DNA of 64,000 nt from Felis catus (Eukaryota). Numbering within the stretch: the first letter of the stretch is position 1; each line of letters begins with the position of its first letter. This document shows, piece by piece, positions 1-64,000 of the stretch. The translations under genes were made by a program, and so were the position numbers. The stretch is taken from the NCBI RefSeq assembly GCF_018350175.1, contig NC_058368.1:136154001-136218000 (forward strand). Reading direction: 5' to 3'. The notes under the pieces were generated by a model. It had not been told where the DNA came from, made no database searches, and was given only the letters and a program-made list of their open reading frames with translations.

Positions 1-220
1 GTTTTTTTTAATGTTTATTTTGAGAGAGAGAGTGTGTGTTCTTGTGCGCGCATAAGCTGGAGAGGAGCAGAGAGAGAAAGAGGGAGAATCCCAAGCAGTC
101 TCCACGCTGTCAGTGTGGAGCCTGACGTGGGGCTATATCTCATGATGGTGAGATCATGACCCAAGTGGAAATCAAGAGTCAAATGCTCAACTGACTGAGC
201 CACCCACTCACTCCTAGGCA
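1..220 (-). mobile_element. Can-SINE (tRNA-derived)
   Basis: T tail, (GA)n tract, gagatcatgacc...ctgagccaccca. Confidence 0.9.
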
Positions 221-559
221 TTCCTTTTATATTTTGGGTATTAAATTAACAGATAAATGGTTTGCAAATATTTTCTCCCATTCCACAGGTTGTCTTTTGA
301 CTTAGTTGATGATTTCCTTTGTTGTGCTGAAGGTTTTTAGTTTCATGTTCCACTTGTCTGTCTGTGGTAGTTTGTTCATACAATTCGGAAGGTTAATACT
401 TTCTTTGAAGCTGAGTCATGGCTCTTGGGTGCTTAATTTTCTAGGTGACAGACATCTAAATTATGGTTTCTGAGACACAACTTAATTTCATAAACTACAC
501 ACAAAAAATACTGATGCCTTTTAGAGGACAAACAACCCTGTAATGACTGTTAAGATCCT

Positions 560-2650
560 GTTTTTTTAAAACAGTGAGCTGATTCTAAAATTATTATCTA
601 CACAAGATTGAACGGTCATGAGTGGTAAAGACAATTTGAAAAACAACAGTTCTGGAGAGGAAATATATTAATACTTTAAAGCTAGAATAATTATCCTGAT
701 GATGAGTGATGTTGAGCATCTTTTCATGTGTCTGTTGGCCACCTGGATGTCTTCTTTAGAAAAGTATCTATTCATGTCTTCCATACATTTCTTCACTGGA
801 TTGTTTTTCGGATAAGTTTGTTAAGTTCTTTATACATTTTGGATACTAACCCTTTATCTGATAGGTCATTTGTACATATCTTCTCCCATTCTGTTGGTTG
901 CCTTTTGGTTTTGTTGATTGTTTCCTTTGCAGTGCAGAAACTTTTTATCTTGAGGAGGTCCCAATAGTTCATTTTTGCTTTATTTCCCTTGCCTTTGGAG
1001 ACATGTCGAGCAAGAAATGGCTGCATCTGAGGTCAAAGATGTTGTTGCCCGTTTTCTCCTGTAGGGTTTTGATGGTTTCCTGTCTCACATTTAGGTCTTT
1101 TATCCATTTTGAGTTTATTTTTTGTATGGTTTAAGAAAGTGGTCTAGTTTCATTCTTCTGCATGTTTCTGTCCAGTTCTCCCAGCACCATTTGCTAAAGA
1201 GGGTGTTGTTTCACATTTGGATACTTTTTCCTGATTGATGAAAAGACTGTCGTCATCACTCATCATTAGGGAAATGCAAATCAAAACCACATTGAGATAC
1301 CACCTCACACCAGTCAGAGTGGCTAAAATTAACAGCTCAGGAAACACTAGATGTTGGTGAGGATGTGGAGAAACGGGAACCCTCTCGCACTGTTGGTGAG
1401 AATGCAAACTGATGCAGCCTTTCTGGAAAACAGTGTGGAGGTTGCTCAAAAAATTAAAAATAGAACTACCCTACAACCCAGCAATAGTACTACTACGAAT
1501 TTATCCAAAGGATATAGGAGTGCTGATCCATAGGGACACCTGTATACCCTAATGTTTATCGGAGCACGCTCAACGATAGCTAAATTATGCAAAGAGGCCA
1601 AATGTCCATCACCTAATGAATGGATAAAGAAGATGTAGTTTATATATACAATGGAATACTACTTGGCAATGAAAAAGAATGAAATCCTGCCATTTGCAGC
1701 ATTATGGCTGGAACTGGAGGGTATTATGCTAAGTGAAATAAGTCAATCAGAGAAAAGACAGATACCATGTTTTCCCTCACGTGTGGAACTTGAGAAACTT
1801 AACAGAAGACCATGGGGGAAGGGAAGGGGAAAAAATAGTTACAAACAGAGGGGGAGGGAGGCAAACCATTAGAGACTCTTAAATACACAGAACAAACTGA
1901 GGGTGGGTGGGGGAGAGGTGAGGGAGAGAGGCAAATGGGTGATGGGCATTGAGGAGGGCACTTGTTGGGATGAGCACTGGGTGTTGTATGTAATTGATGA
2001 ATCACGGGAATCTATCCCCAAAACCAAGAGCACATTGTATACACTGTATGTTAGCCAACTTGACAATAAATTATATTAAAAAAATAATAAAGCTAGAATA
2101 ATTAAAACAGTGTGTTACTGGCACAGGAACAAATGTACTCAGCAGAACTGAATGTAGTAGAGCTTGGGAAAAAAGATTTAGTAATCTGGTACATGGAAGA
2201 GGTAACATTAGAAATAAGTGGGTGGAAAAAAGAAATTAGTGGGTGAAGAGTGAATGAATTATATTATATTCATTAGATGGTGCTTGGGTGTAAAAAAGAT
2301 AATATCCTTATTTCACCTTTGCTAACTTTCTGATAGATTAAAGGCTACATATATAAAACAAATCTTTAAAACTTTTAGAAGAAGGTGTCGGAAAATATCT
2401 TTGTGATATCAAGGATTTCTTAAGATATAAAAAGCAAAACTTTAAAAGATAAAATTGATAAATTTGACTGCAGTAAACTTAACTTTTTTTGACAAAGGTT
2501 TCATAAAGAAAGTGAAAGGCGAGCTGCTGTTGGGGAGGTTTTATGTATGTCTAACCAGAAAGGAATATATAAAGAGGTTTTGCTGATCAGTCGGGAAAAG
2601 ACAAACACCCAGTAGAAAAAATGAGGGAAAAAATATCTGGCTAAATGCTT
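560..2650 (+). mobile_element. Older degraded L1 (L1M-type) ORF2 fragment that hosts the inverted L1
   Basis: atactttaaagct...aattaaaacagtgtgttactggcac resembles the ORF2 'YYKATVIKTVWYW' segment once the insert is removed. Confidence 0.6.
694..2088 (+). mobile_element. 5'-truncated, 5'-inverted carnivore L1 (694-~1237 antisense, ~1238-2088 sense with A-rich tail)
   Basis: ORF2 C-terminal remnants on both strands ([34 protein letters not shown]); TSD AAAGCTAGAATAATTA at 678-693 and 2089-2104. Confidence 0.92.
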
Positions 2651-3182
2651 TATGTGTTGAAACTGGTTAGTACATGGCTATCATTTATGTTGTTGTTAGT
2701 TGAAATATTTCATAATACGGTAGTCCTCTCTTTGCATAATGCAGTGTTAACTGCAACTTATGTGTATTGGAGCTATGTCCTCGGATTATAAAACTTTTGG
2801 TTAGCAGGATACCATGCGAAGCAGAGCCTAAGTGTATAAAATTTTAATGAGAGAAAATTCCTCAATTTTACTATGACTTTACATATAGATTTGATTTGTC
2901 AACCCCATGTATGTAATTAAAACTTTTTAATTTTGTGACTTCTCAAGTGGTTTCCCAGGCCTGTTAATTTGCGGTTACTACTTTCTCTGAAGGTAGAGTT
3001 TTTAACAACATGGTACAAGAAGGATCATAGAAAAGCCGAAATATTTATATTGATAGTTCCAAACTATGAAGTATCATTTTCTAAAGTGGATTTATGTATT
3101 TAAAAAAAATCTTTTAAGTAGCTATTATAAGACATGTATTACTAAAAATTTCTTTTCCCCTGATGTGTTTTCATTTGCTTAG

Positions 3183-56024
<52,842 letters not shown>

Positions 56025-57334
56025 TAAAAGTCTTTTTTGTTGTTTTTTTTTTTTTTTTCAAAGTCTAGGATTTCCAGAGTCAATTATATCACCTAAGCAG
56101 TATTTAGAAAAAAGCATCAATGGCTGTTTTTCTTTAGATTGACTTTAAATATTTAATGAGCTTGATTTGAAGCTTTTATAATCATTGGAAAACATTGCTG
56201 AGGTTCCTTTCATTCTGATTGATTCAGCATTTTGGAAATACAAAGCAATTAAGACTGCTTCTGAGACAGAAAAAGCTTCTCTTGTTTACATTTTTACTCT
56301 TCCTGTGCTGAACATACATGGACATTCTGGAGTGTTTTGGATAAATGTTTATGTATAAATCACAGTGCCCAAGTATTCGGAGGTGGATTGTATTTAACAC
56401 TTAGTGAACTTTTGTAAAGGTTTTTTTCTGGGGTCTTTTTTTGGGGGTGGGAGGTTTTGTTTTGTTGTCGTTGTTGTTGTTCTTTGTTGGTTTTGCTGAA
56501 GGCCTTTTCAGTTGCCTCTCGGTATATGAAAGCATATTGTGAAACTCCACTTTAGTATGGTAAATGTTAAAAACTTTTCTATTTTCATCTATTTGACTGG
56601 AAAATATGTATTTTTCTAATTGATGTTGATGTAACATTAGTCCTAATTGAACAAGTAAGTAGTATTTAAACTTATTATTTATAAAGACGAAACATCAAAA
56701 AGTTTATTTATTTTTAAATTGTTTATTTAAAAGAATATTCAGTTTTAATTATTTTCACCACTCAGATTATGGGTAAAGAAGGCATTGACAAATTTATGTT
56801 TGTCCCTTTTCCCTCTTTAATTTTAAAGATATTTAAAGTTATATCACTAAAGTATTTGGATAGTATATGTTTTGAATACATTTTTTTCTCATAGTTTAGT
56901 ATATTGAATTTGTACTGTGAATTTTTGGTTTTTGTTATTTCTTGGATAATCTCAGGATTTGATTGGGGGAAAAACCCTTAATTTATGAGGGAGATTTACA
57001 TACAAAACTCAATCCCCTTTACACACACATACGCTTATACACATTCCTTTTTTAAAAAAACTGATTTCTTGATAGTTTTTTTTCCCCCATTAAATTTTGC
57101 TTAAGGAACACTCAGACCTTTAAGCATTGAACATAATTATGATGTTAAAGCAGAAAATAAGAGAATAAGATTTTGTTCAGTGATTATCATCAGTATTAAT
57201 TTAAGGGTTGTTTTTAATTTTGAAATTTTGTTATTTAGATATGTAATTCCATTATCCACCCAAGCAAATCTTTGGTGGTTGTTCACATCAAACTTCTTAA
57301 TAGCAGATTTAATCTTCTATTTGAAAAGCCTCAG

Positions 57335-57490
57335 AGCAGGAGTCAAAATATTTTCCAGAAAATATTTTTGAACTTGTGGGCCAGAAGGAATCTGTGGCAA
57401 CTACTAAACTCTGCTATTTCAGTGTGCAAATAGCCAGGGGACACTTAAGTGATTGACATGGCTGGATTGGGCTTTTAGTTTGACCCCTAC
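57335..57490. mobile_element. MER58-like hAT-Charlie MITE inside the 3' UTR
   Basis: tgtgggcca...tctgtggcaactactaaactctgc...gtgtgcaaatagcca; termini caggagtc / gacccct. Confidence 0.6.
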
Positions 57491-58568
57491 GTTGGACAGC
57501 AATTTTCATACCTTAAGGTGCTGACATCTTTATCTTATCTATGAAATATTCATCATTGAAGTTATGAGTTGTGCATCACAGTTAAAACTGTGTTGATTGA
57601 TTGCATTACAAAATGATCAGTATTTCAGCTGGGAAAATATTTTAATGTCTAGATAACTGTATATTGAAAAAAATTGTGGCCAATTTTTGAGTTCATTAGT
57701 AAAATCGGATATGGCTCAACAATAACAGCTTATTCATTGCTTTACAGTGAAATTTACAATTTAACTTTTTTGTCATAAAGGAGGATCTATAAATCTGGGT
57801 GGAAATTCTCAATAGGTATGCATTAATTTGTGTGATTAAGATGTCACAAAAATCATGGTATTAAATCACATTGCCATTTTAATGCCCTGTTTTTATAAAA
57901 TTTTTTAAAGTCTCATATTCTGAAAGTTTCATTCAGTTAATGTTAGTTTCAGTGTTAAGTTGCCACAGTTAAACTATTATTTTATCCCTTGTGTAATATT
58001 TATTTTTTAACTTTGCTAACATCTGTCTTGTACATCTATAATGAATTGGTTTTATGGAAGATATAATTTCTTACTGTATAAGAAATAATTTTATCTTTGG
58101 GCATTCATTGTATTAGAGAATCAAGTCAGCCAGCTAAATTGTCCTACTATTATATCCTTAAAACTAATCTGGGAAAATGAGAAAACGTAATCAGTGTCTT
58201 TACCTTACAAGGTGGAAAGAATTAGTCACACCTATATTTAATCTGATTCATGTAAAGATGATGTTGTGAAGAATTGTATAAATCTTAAAAGAGGTATGAA
58301 TAATGGTTTTGTTTTCTTGACTTTTCCTCCTGAAAACTTAGGTCTTAGCAAGCAATCAACATGATGGTTTAAAAGCCTAATTGTTGGTAAATGATTGAGG
58401 CACAGATAAAATTATGAATATCCACTGTTGACCATATTATTTGAAATAGAAGTGACCATGTGTATACTCTCTTGCTTGAAGGAGTTTTTGACAAAAAGCA
58501 ATATCTGTCATTTGTAAATTTTCTTGTTCTAAAGAAAGCAGTTATGTTCTATAGGTATAAATTATGTA

Positions 58569-58574
58569 AATAAA
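58569..58574 (+). terminator. Polyadenylation signal AATAAA of BDP1
   Basis: TGTA immediately upstream, GT/T-rich tract (ggttgtgttttt) about 20-30 nt downstream. Confidence 0.7.
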
Positions 58575-60741
58575 AGTTATTTTATACTATTTCGGTTGTG
58601 TTTTTATTAGTAACTGAAAGATATTAATGTTTAACCAAAACTTGTCAGTTTTTCACCTACAGCTTTCTTCCTTCCATAAAAATATGGTATACCTGGAAGA
58701 ATTAATCTTTTATCTGATATGCTTGCTGTGAAGGATATTTTTTTGATCTTGTAAGAATAAAGAATATCCTTTCCCCTCATTCCCACTTAGGACATGTGGA
58801 GAGTTGCTTTTTTGCTTATATAATGAATTTTTAGGTACAAGAACTCTCAACTCTTTCACTCTTTTTTCTCTTCCCATTTTGTTTTCTCTGTAGAGAAAGA
58901 CAAATGGGAAACTTTAGTCCTGAACATAATATAATCCTGGACTTCTGAAGTGGATATTGGCAAAATCTTAGCTGGTCAAAAAATTTGGCTGAGAGAAATA
59001 TTTGTAGAAATTTTCCTAAAGTCTAGTAGTCTAGTCATTTCTCCAGATAGAATTTTTATATTGAATTTGGTCACATCATCAAAGAGCTATGTATATGGGC
59101 CGCCTACATTGTTTTGTCTGCTTGAGGTTAGGGATATTATGTCAAATAGTGCAAAAGCCTAAAGAAATTGTTATTTTTACTATAATGATGTTACAGACTT
59201 TTAAAAAGTTTTATTACCCAATATCCTACTTAGAATCTGTAGGAGACATTTGACTTCAGTGCCAGGAATAATTGGGCTTCTGTTCAACTGGTCTGATATT
59301 TTATGTGGGCTGTGTGTATCCTTATGTTGTTTTCTTTATCAATGCAAAGCTAAATTTGTGGCTAAAATTCTGACTTTTTACTCTCATTTCCCCCTGCCTG
59401 GATTTTTAAAAACTCACTTTTTTAAAACAATAGGTTACCATTTATTATGCTAGGCACAGTACTAACCTTTTAATATGCATTATTTCATATTAAAAAAATT
59501 ATTGTACATGGCTTAAAAAGTAAAGTAGTGCTAGATTTCAAACTAGCTATTTCTTCTGTTATTACATATTTCTAAATATGGTTATTCTGTTAATCTCTTA
59601 TTTATGAATATTAGGCATTGTGAATTGACTTAGCTTTCTTGGGACCTGGATGGCTCAGTTGGTTGAGCGCCTGACTTCATCTCAGGTTGTGATCTCATGA
59701 TTCATGGGTTTGAGCCCCACAATAAGGCTTTGCACTGACAGCATGGAGCCTGTTTTGGATTTTATGTCTTTCTCTCTCCCTCTCTCTCTGCCCCTCCCCT
59801 TCTGTCTCGCATGTGTGCACGCTCTCTCTCTCAAAAATGAAAAGAGTATTAGCTTTCTTAAACTCTCCCTTCCATGCCTTCCCTCTTAATATGTTACAAT
59901 TATGGGTTAATCCATATTCAATATTGTTATTGTATTAATTGTAATTATTCAACGCTGTACCACATTATGTACTAAAGTGACATTTATGATGCAACCTTTT
60001 GTTTTTCTTGGAGTTAATAATTGCTTCAAAATGCCTCTCCATATAATTTTCCACGTGGCCAAACTGTCAGATAAACAGTTTGCTTTTTTTCCTGGAAAAC
60101 TTTATGGACGTCTTTCTTCCTACTGTAACTGGTCTAGTGGCTTCATAGGTCTTTATGTGCAGTACAGCTGTCATTGTGGTACTGCCCTTCGCCATTTCTC
60201 TATGAACTTCCTACCCTTCTTTCCTGGTTTAGATTCTCTGTAGTGCCCATGCCATTGTCTTTCTTGATTTTTTTGGTGGGTATATCCTCCACTGTTTACG
60301 GCAAGAGGATACATGGGTGATAATATTATTTAAGACATTTCGTGTCTGAAATTTCTTTATTCTATTCTCAGGCTATGAATAAAAATCCTGAATAATTTGA
60401 AAATGCTTTTCATGTCATTTTGAAGGCATGCTCCATTGTCTTCCAGTTTGCAGTTTCCATTCTGATTCCCTATCTATCCTTTGAAAGTGGCTTGCCTGTT
60501 TACAGTTTTATGACCTGGTATTGTTCACAATAATGAACTTTGGTGTAAGCTTGCCTTCCTTTCCCGCCCCTAAATTCATGCTGCTGGAAACTTAATGGAT
60601 CTTTTTAATGGAATCTTCATTTACCTCCCTTCTGGGAAATGTTCTTATATTATTGTTTTGATAATTTTGTCCTTTTCATTTTCACGGTTCTCATATCTGC
60701 AGTTTCTATTAATCTTTTTTTTAATTAAAAATATTTTTATG

Positions 60742-60957
60742 GGGGCGCCTGGGTGGCGCAGTCGGTTAAGCGTCCGACTTCAGCCAGGTCACGATCTCGC
60801 GGTCGGTGAGTTCGAGCCCCGCGTCAGGCTCTGGGCTGATGGCTCAGAGCCTGGAGCCTGTTTCCGATTCTGTGTCTCCCTCTCTCTGCCCCTCCCCCGT
60901 TCATGCTCTGTCTCTCTCTGTCCCAAAAATAAATAAACGTTGAAAAAAAAAATAAAA
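60742..60957 (+). mobile_element. Young felid SINEC_Fc inserted in the tail of an older antisense SINE (to ~61178)
   Basis: TSD AAAAATATTTTTATG at 60727-60741 and 60958-60972. Confidence 0.95.
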
Positions 60958-61934
60958 AAAAATATTTTTATGTATTTATTTGTTTTGAGAGAGAGAGAGG
61001 GGGGGGGAGGGAGTACACACACGGGAGGGGCGGAGAGAGAGGGAGAGAGAATCCCAAGGAAGCTCTGCACTGTCTGCACAGAGCTGACGTGGGTCTTGAT
61101 CTGAAGAACCATGAGATCATAACGTGAGCCAAGATCAAGAGTCAGATGCTTAACCGACTGAACCACCCAGACACCCCTGCAGTTAACAGTTTTAAGGCAC
61201 AGTTTACATTTAATAAGATACACAGATCTGAAGTATTCACTTTGAGCAAGGACAATGCATACACCTTTGTAACTACCCTGCAAAACAAACATTTCCATCA
61301 TGCCAGGAAGTTCCCTTAAGCTCTTTCCCCTCTGTCACCTAGAGATTAGTTTTGCTTGGACTTAAACTTTGTGGAATCACACACTGCCCGTTTTTTTCTA
61401 TCTGGTTACTTCCGCTCAATGTTTTTGGGATTCATCCCTGTTAGCAGTTTGCTTTTGCTGCTGAGTTTTATTCTATTTTATGAGTATACCACATTATACG
61501 AATACACCATAATTTCCTGTTCATTTTCCTAGGGGACTGTTTATATATTCTTATGCAAATCTTTTTGTAGACATGTTTTTATTTCTCTTGTGTAAATCCA
61601 TACTAGTGTCACCTCATTTGTTACATTTCTAAGTACTTGATGTTCTTTTTTTTTAAAGATTTTTTAATGTAATCTCTATACCCATCGTGGGGCTCAAACC
61701 CACAACCCCAAGATCAAAAGTCATATGCCATACCAAGTAAGCCCGCCAGGAGCCCCAAGACTTGATGCTCTTTGATGACATTATAAATGTTTTTAAAACC
61801 ATTTATAAATGGTGTTATAAATGGTGTTTGTTTTCTAATTGTTTATTGCTAAAATATTAAAACACGATTTTTGTATTATAATAAAGATTTTAACAACAGT
61901 TTTCTATAGCACCCATTCATAGTCTTAAGGTTTA

Positions 61935-62162
61935 TTTTTTTTAAATTTTTAAAAAATATTTTTATTTATTTTTGAGACTGGGAGAGACAGAGCATGAGCA
62001 GGGGAGGGGCAGAGAGAGAGGGAGACACAGAACCTGAAGAAGGCTCCAGGCTCTGAGCTGTCAGCACAGAGCCTCATGTGACTGTGAGAAGCCTCATGGA
62101 CTGTGAGATCATGACCTGAGCTGAAGTCGGACGCCCAACCGACTGAACCACCCAGGCGCCCC
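61935..62162 (-). mobile_element. SINEC_Fc-type SINE
   Basis: TSD CATAGTCTTAAGGTTTA at 61918-61934 and 62163-62179. Confidence 0.92.
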
Positions 62163-62524
62163 CATAGTCTTAAGGTTTAAAAGCAACCCTTGGGTCTATT
62201 AAAGGAAGCCTTTCAATATTATAGCAATGCTATTTGCCTTTAGCAAACAGTTAAAAACTCAATTATAGTAAGATACACAAGTATAAACCACTAAAACTTT
62301 AGATAAGTATAACCCTAAGAATAAACAAGTTAAATGCCAATCAGGAAATAATTGCTAACCTCTCATTTATCTAATAAATTTATCTAGCAGAGTATCTTGT
62401 TTCCTTATGACATTTTCCCATCTTAATTTCTCATTAAGTGACTAATTAAAGCTTGTAATCTCTAGCTTTGATTACATTTCTACCAAATTTTAAATTGGAA
62501 ATGAGGCTTAAAATTTTATTTCCA

Positions 62525-62740
62525 GGGGTGCCTGGCTGGCTCAGTCAGTTAAGCGTCTGACTCTTGATTTTGGCTCAGGTCATGATGTCACAGTCATGAG
62601 ATTGAGCCAGTCACGAGGTCAAGCCTCACATCAGACTTTGCGCTGTAGCTGGGAGCCTGCTTGGGATGCTCTTCCTCTGCCCCTCCCTTGCTCATGCTGA
62701 CTTGTTCGCTCACTCTGTCTCTCAAAATGAACATTAAAAA
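62525..62740 (+). mobile_element. Can-SINE
   Basis: TSD AAAATTTTATTTCCA at 62510-62524 and 62741-62755. Confidence 0.92.
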
Positions 62741-63204
62741 AAAATTTTATTTCCATGTTTCCTTCCCTTCTACAGATTAAAATTCTTGATTTCATATATT
62801 TATTTCCAGAAGCTTTTAAAATTTTTTTCATAATCCTGTTCTTGTTTCATGAATGCCACATATTTTCATTTCTCTAAGGATGTTGCAGTTTATTCTGTTC
62901 CTTTTACTACTGGTTTCTTCTGAGGTTTTCTTGGTTGAGGTGGGTATCTTTTTTTCATGCTGAAAACTTTCCTCAAATGCCTGTTGATCCTTGGCTATCC
63001 ATGTATATGTTAGAGAAAGTTTCTAAAATGTTGATTGGGAGCTTTTACAAGCTTAATGGATTATAGATAGATAGGACATGCCAATTTGGAGGTACACTGT
63101 AGATGCATTATTTTCTAAGGAATTTTTCCATTGGGGAACTTCAAATGTCACTGTTGATCTTTTCTGTTAAGTGTTAAGGTTTCTCTAGACTTCTATATAA
63201 ACTT

Positions 63205-63442
63205 TTATTTTTTTTTATTTAAAAAAAAATTTTTTTTTTCAACATTTATTTATTTTTGGGACAGAGAGAGACAGAGCATGAACGGGGGAGGGGCAGAGAG
63301 AGAGGGAGACACAGAATCGGAAACAGGCTCCAGGCTCTGAGCCATCAGCCCAGAGCCCGACGCGGGGCTCGAACTCACGGACCGCGAGATCGTGACCTGG
63401 CTGAAGTCGGACGCTTAACCAACTGTGCCACCCAGGCGCCCC
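63205..63442 (-). mobile_element. Young felid SINEC_Fc
   Basis: TSD CTATATAAACTT at 63193-63204 and 63443-63454. Confidence 0.95.
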
Positions 63443-64000
63443 CTATATAAACTTCTATATGGACTTGTAGATAAATGCTGGTAGCCAGCATTTGAGACCT
63501 TGGAGGAAAAAAGAAGGTGGGGAACAGGGTTTTCTTGATTTGGCCTCCAAACTTTTAATCTTTTTGATTTCAGTCTGGCACTTCACTCTTGTCTATTGTC
63601 CCTATATTTGAAATTTCTGAGATGGCAATTTCTCCAGAAAATTTCTCCTGGGCAAAGTGGGAATGGAAACCCAGGGTTCTAATTACTTCTAATACAGATT
63701 TCCAAGTAGTTCCACTGTTTCTTGGTCTCCACCGCTTCTCACATCCATCCACACCTTTCTCTGTTGCTGGTACCACCAATTTCTGAGCCTTGCAGGGATT
63801 TCTCGGAGGCAAACTGACTTGTTACTTGTTTTTATCTTCCACTGCAAGCACTTAGATTTCAGCTTCCTTTTTTCTGCTAAATTTATCATTCCTATTTTTG
63901 CTTACTGTCTTCACATGTGTCCTAGTTTAACTGAAGGTGGGATATGAATTCTTTTTTGTGCTCCTTTGTTGCTTTGGGATCATTTATGAGAGAAAGAGGT

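Larger units (their letters stand above)
56025..58595 (+). other. BDP1: BDP1 3' UTR (approximate end)
   Basis: AU-rich unique sequence from the stop codon to the first AATAAA I found in good context. Confidence 0.65.

Noticed and set aside
728..2066. Several 60-99 aa ORFs
   Set aside because: Broken L1 ORF2 and 3' UTR remnants on both strands; the same applies to 15389-15580 and 46288-47022.
56025..59640. SINE-free stretch over the 3' UTR as a sign of special constraint
   Set aside because: Comparable SINE-free gaps occur elsewhere in the window (for example ~8960-13160), so it is not exceptional.
59300..64000. Start of a downstream gene
   Set aside because: No CpG island or credible exon; only SINEs and degraded old LINE-like sequence.

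Overview
Mammalian (carnivore, almost certainly felid, judging from the Can-SINE/SINEC_Fc subfamilies) AT-rich genomic DNA. The window holds most of BDP1 (TFIIIB subunit B'', RNA polymerase III initiation factor) on the + strand; the N-terminal exons lie upstream of the window. I traced 28 GT-AG coding exons from 3183 to the stop at 56022-56024. All splice phases join into one open frame (6049 coding nt, about 2015 codons), followed by a ~2.55 kb 3' UTR with a poly(A) signal at 58569. Introns and the downstream region are full of Can-SINEs, L1/L2/MIR fragments, an MLT1 LTR and DNA-transposon MITEs. Best second-look items: (1) the BDP1 middle region is built from a strictly alternating two-exon module whose first exon always carries an R-x-R-[LF]-x-[KR]-P-[KR]-P-N-like motif; (2) a coding 81-bp (27-aa) x7 tandem array with hints of higher-order structure, unlike the 55-aa human repeat; (3) an ~870-bp polyadenylated, TSD-flanked insertion of non-L1 sequence in the last intron (retrocopy or orphan transduction); (4) a (GT)23 tract ending in a perfect cryptic splice donor; (5) a twin-primed L1. 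Gene identity and human comparisons rest on my recall of the human protein, and repeat family names on recall of consensus sequences; no search was run. No prokaryotic-type or wholly new system was seen.
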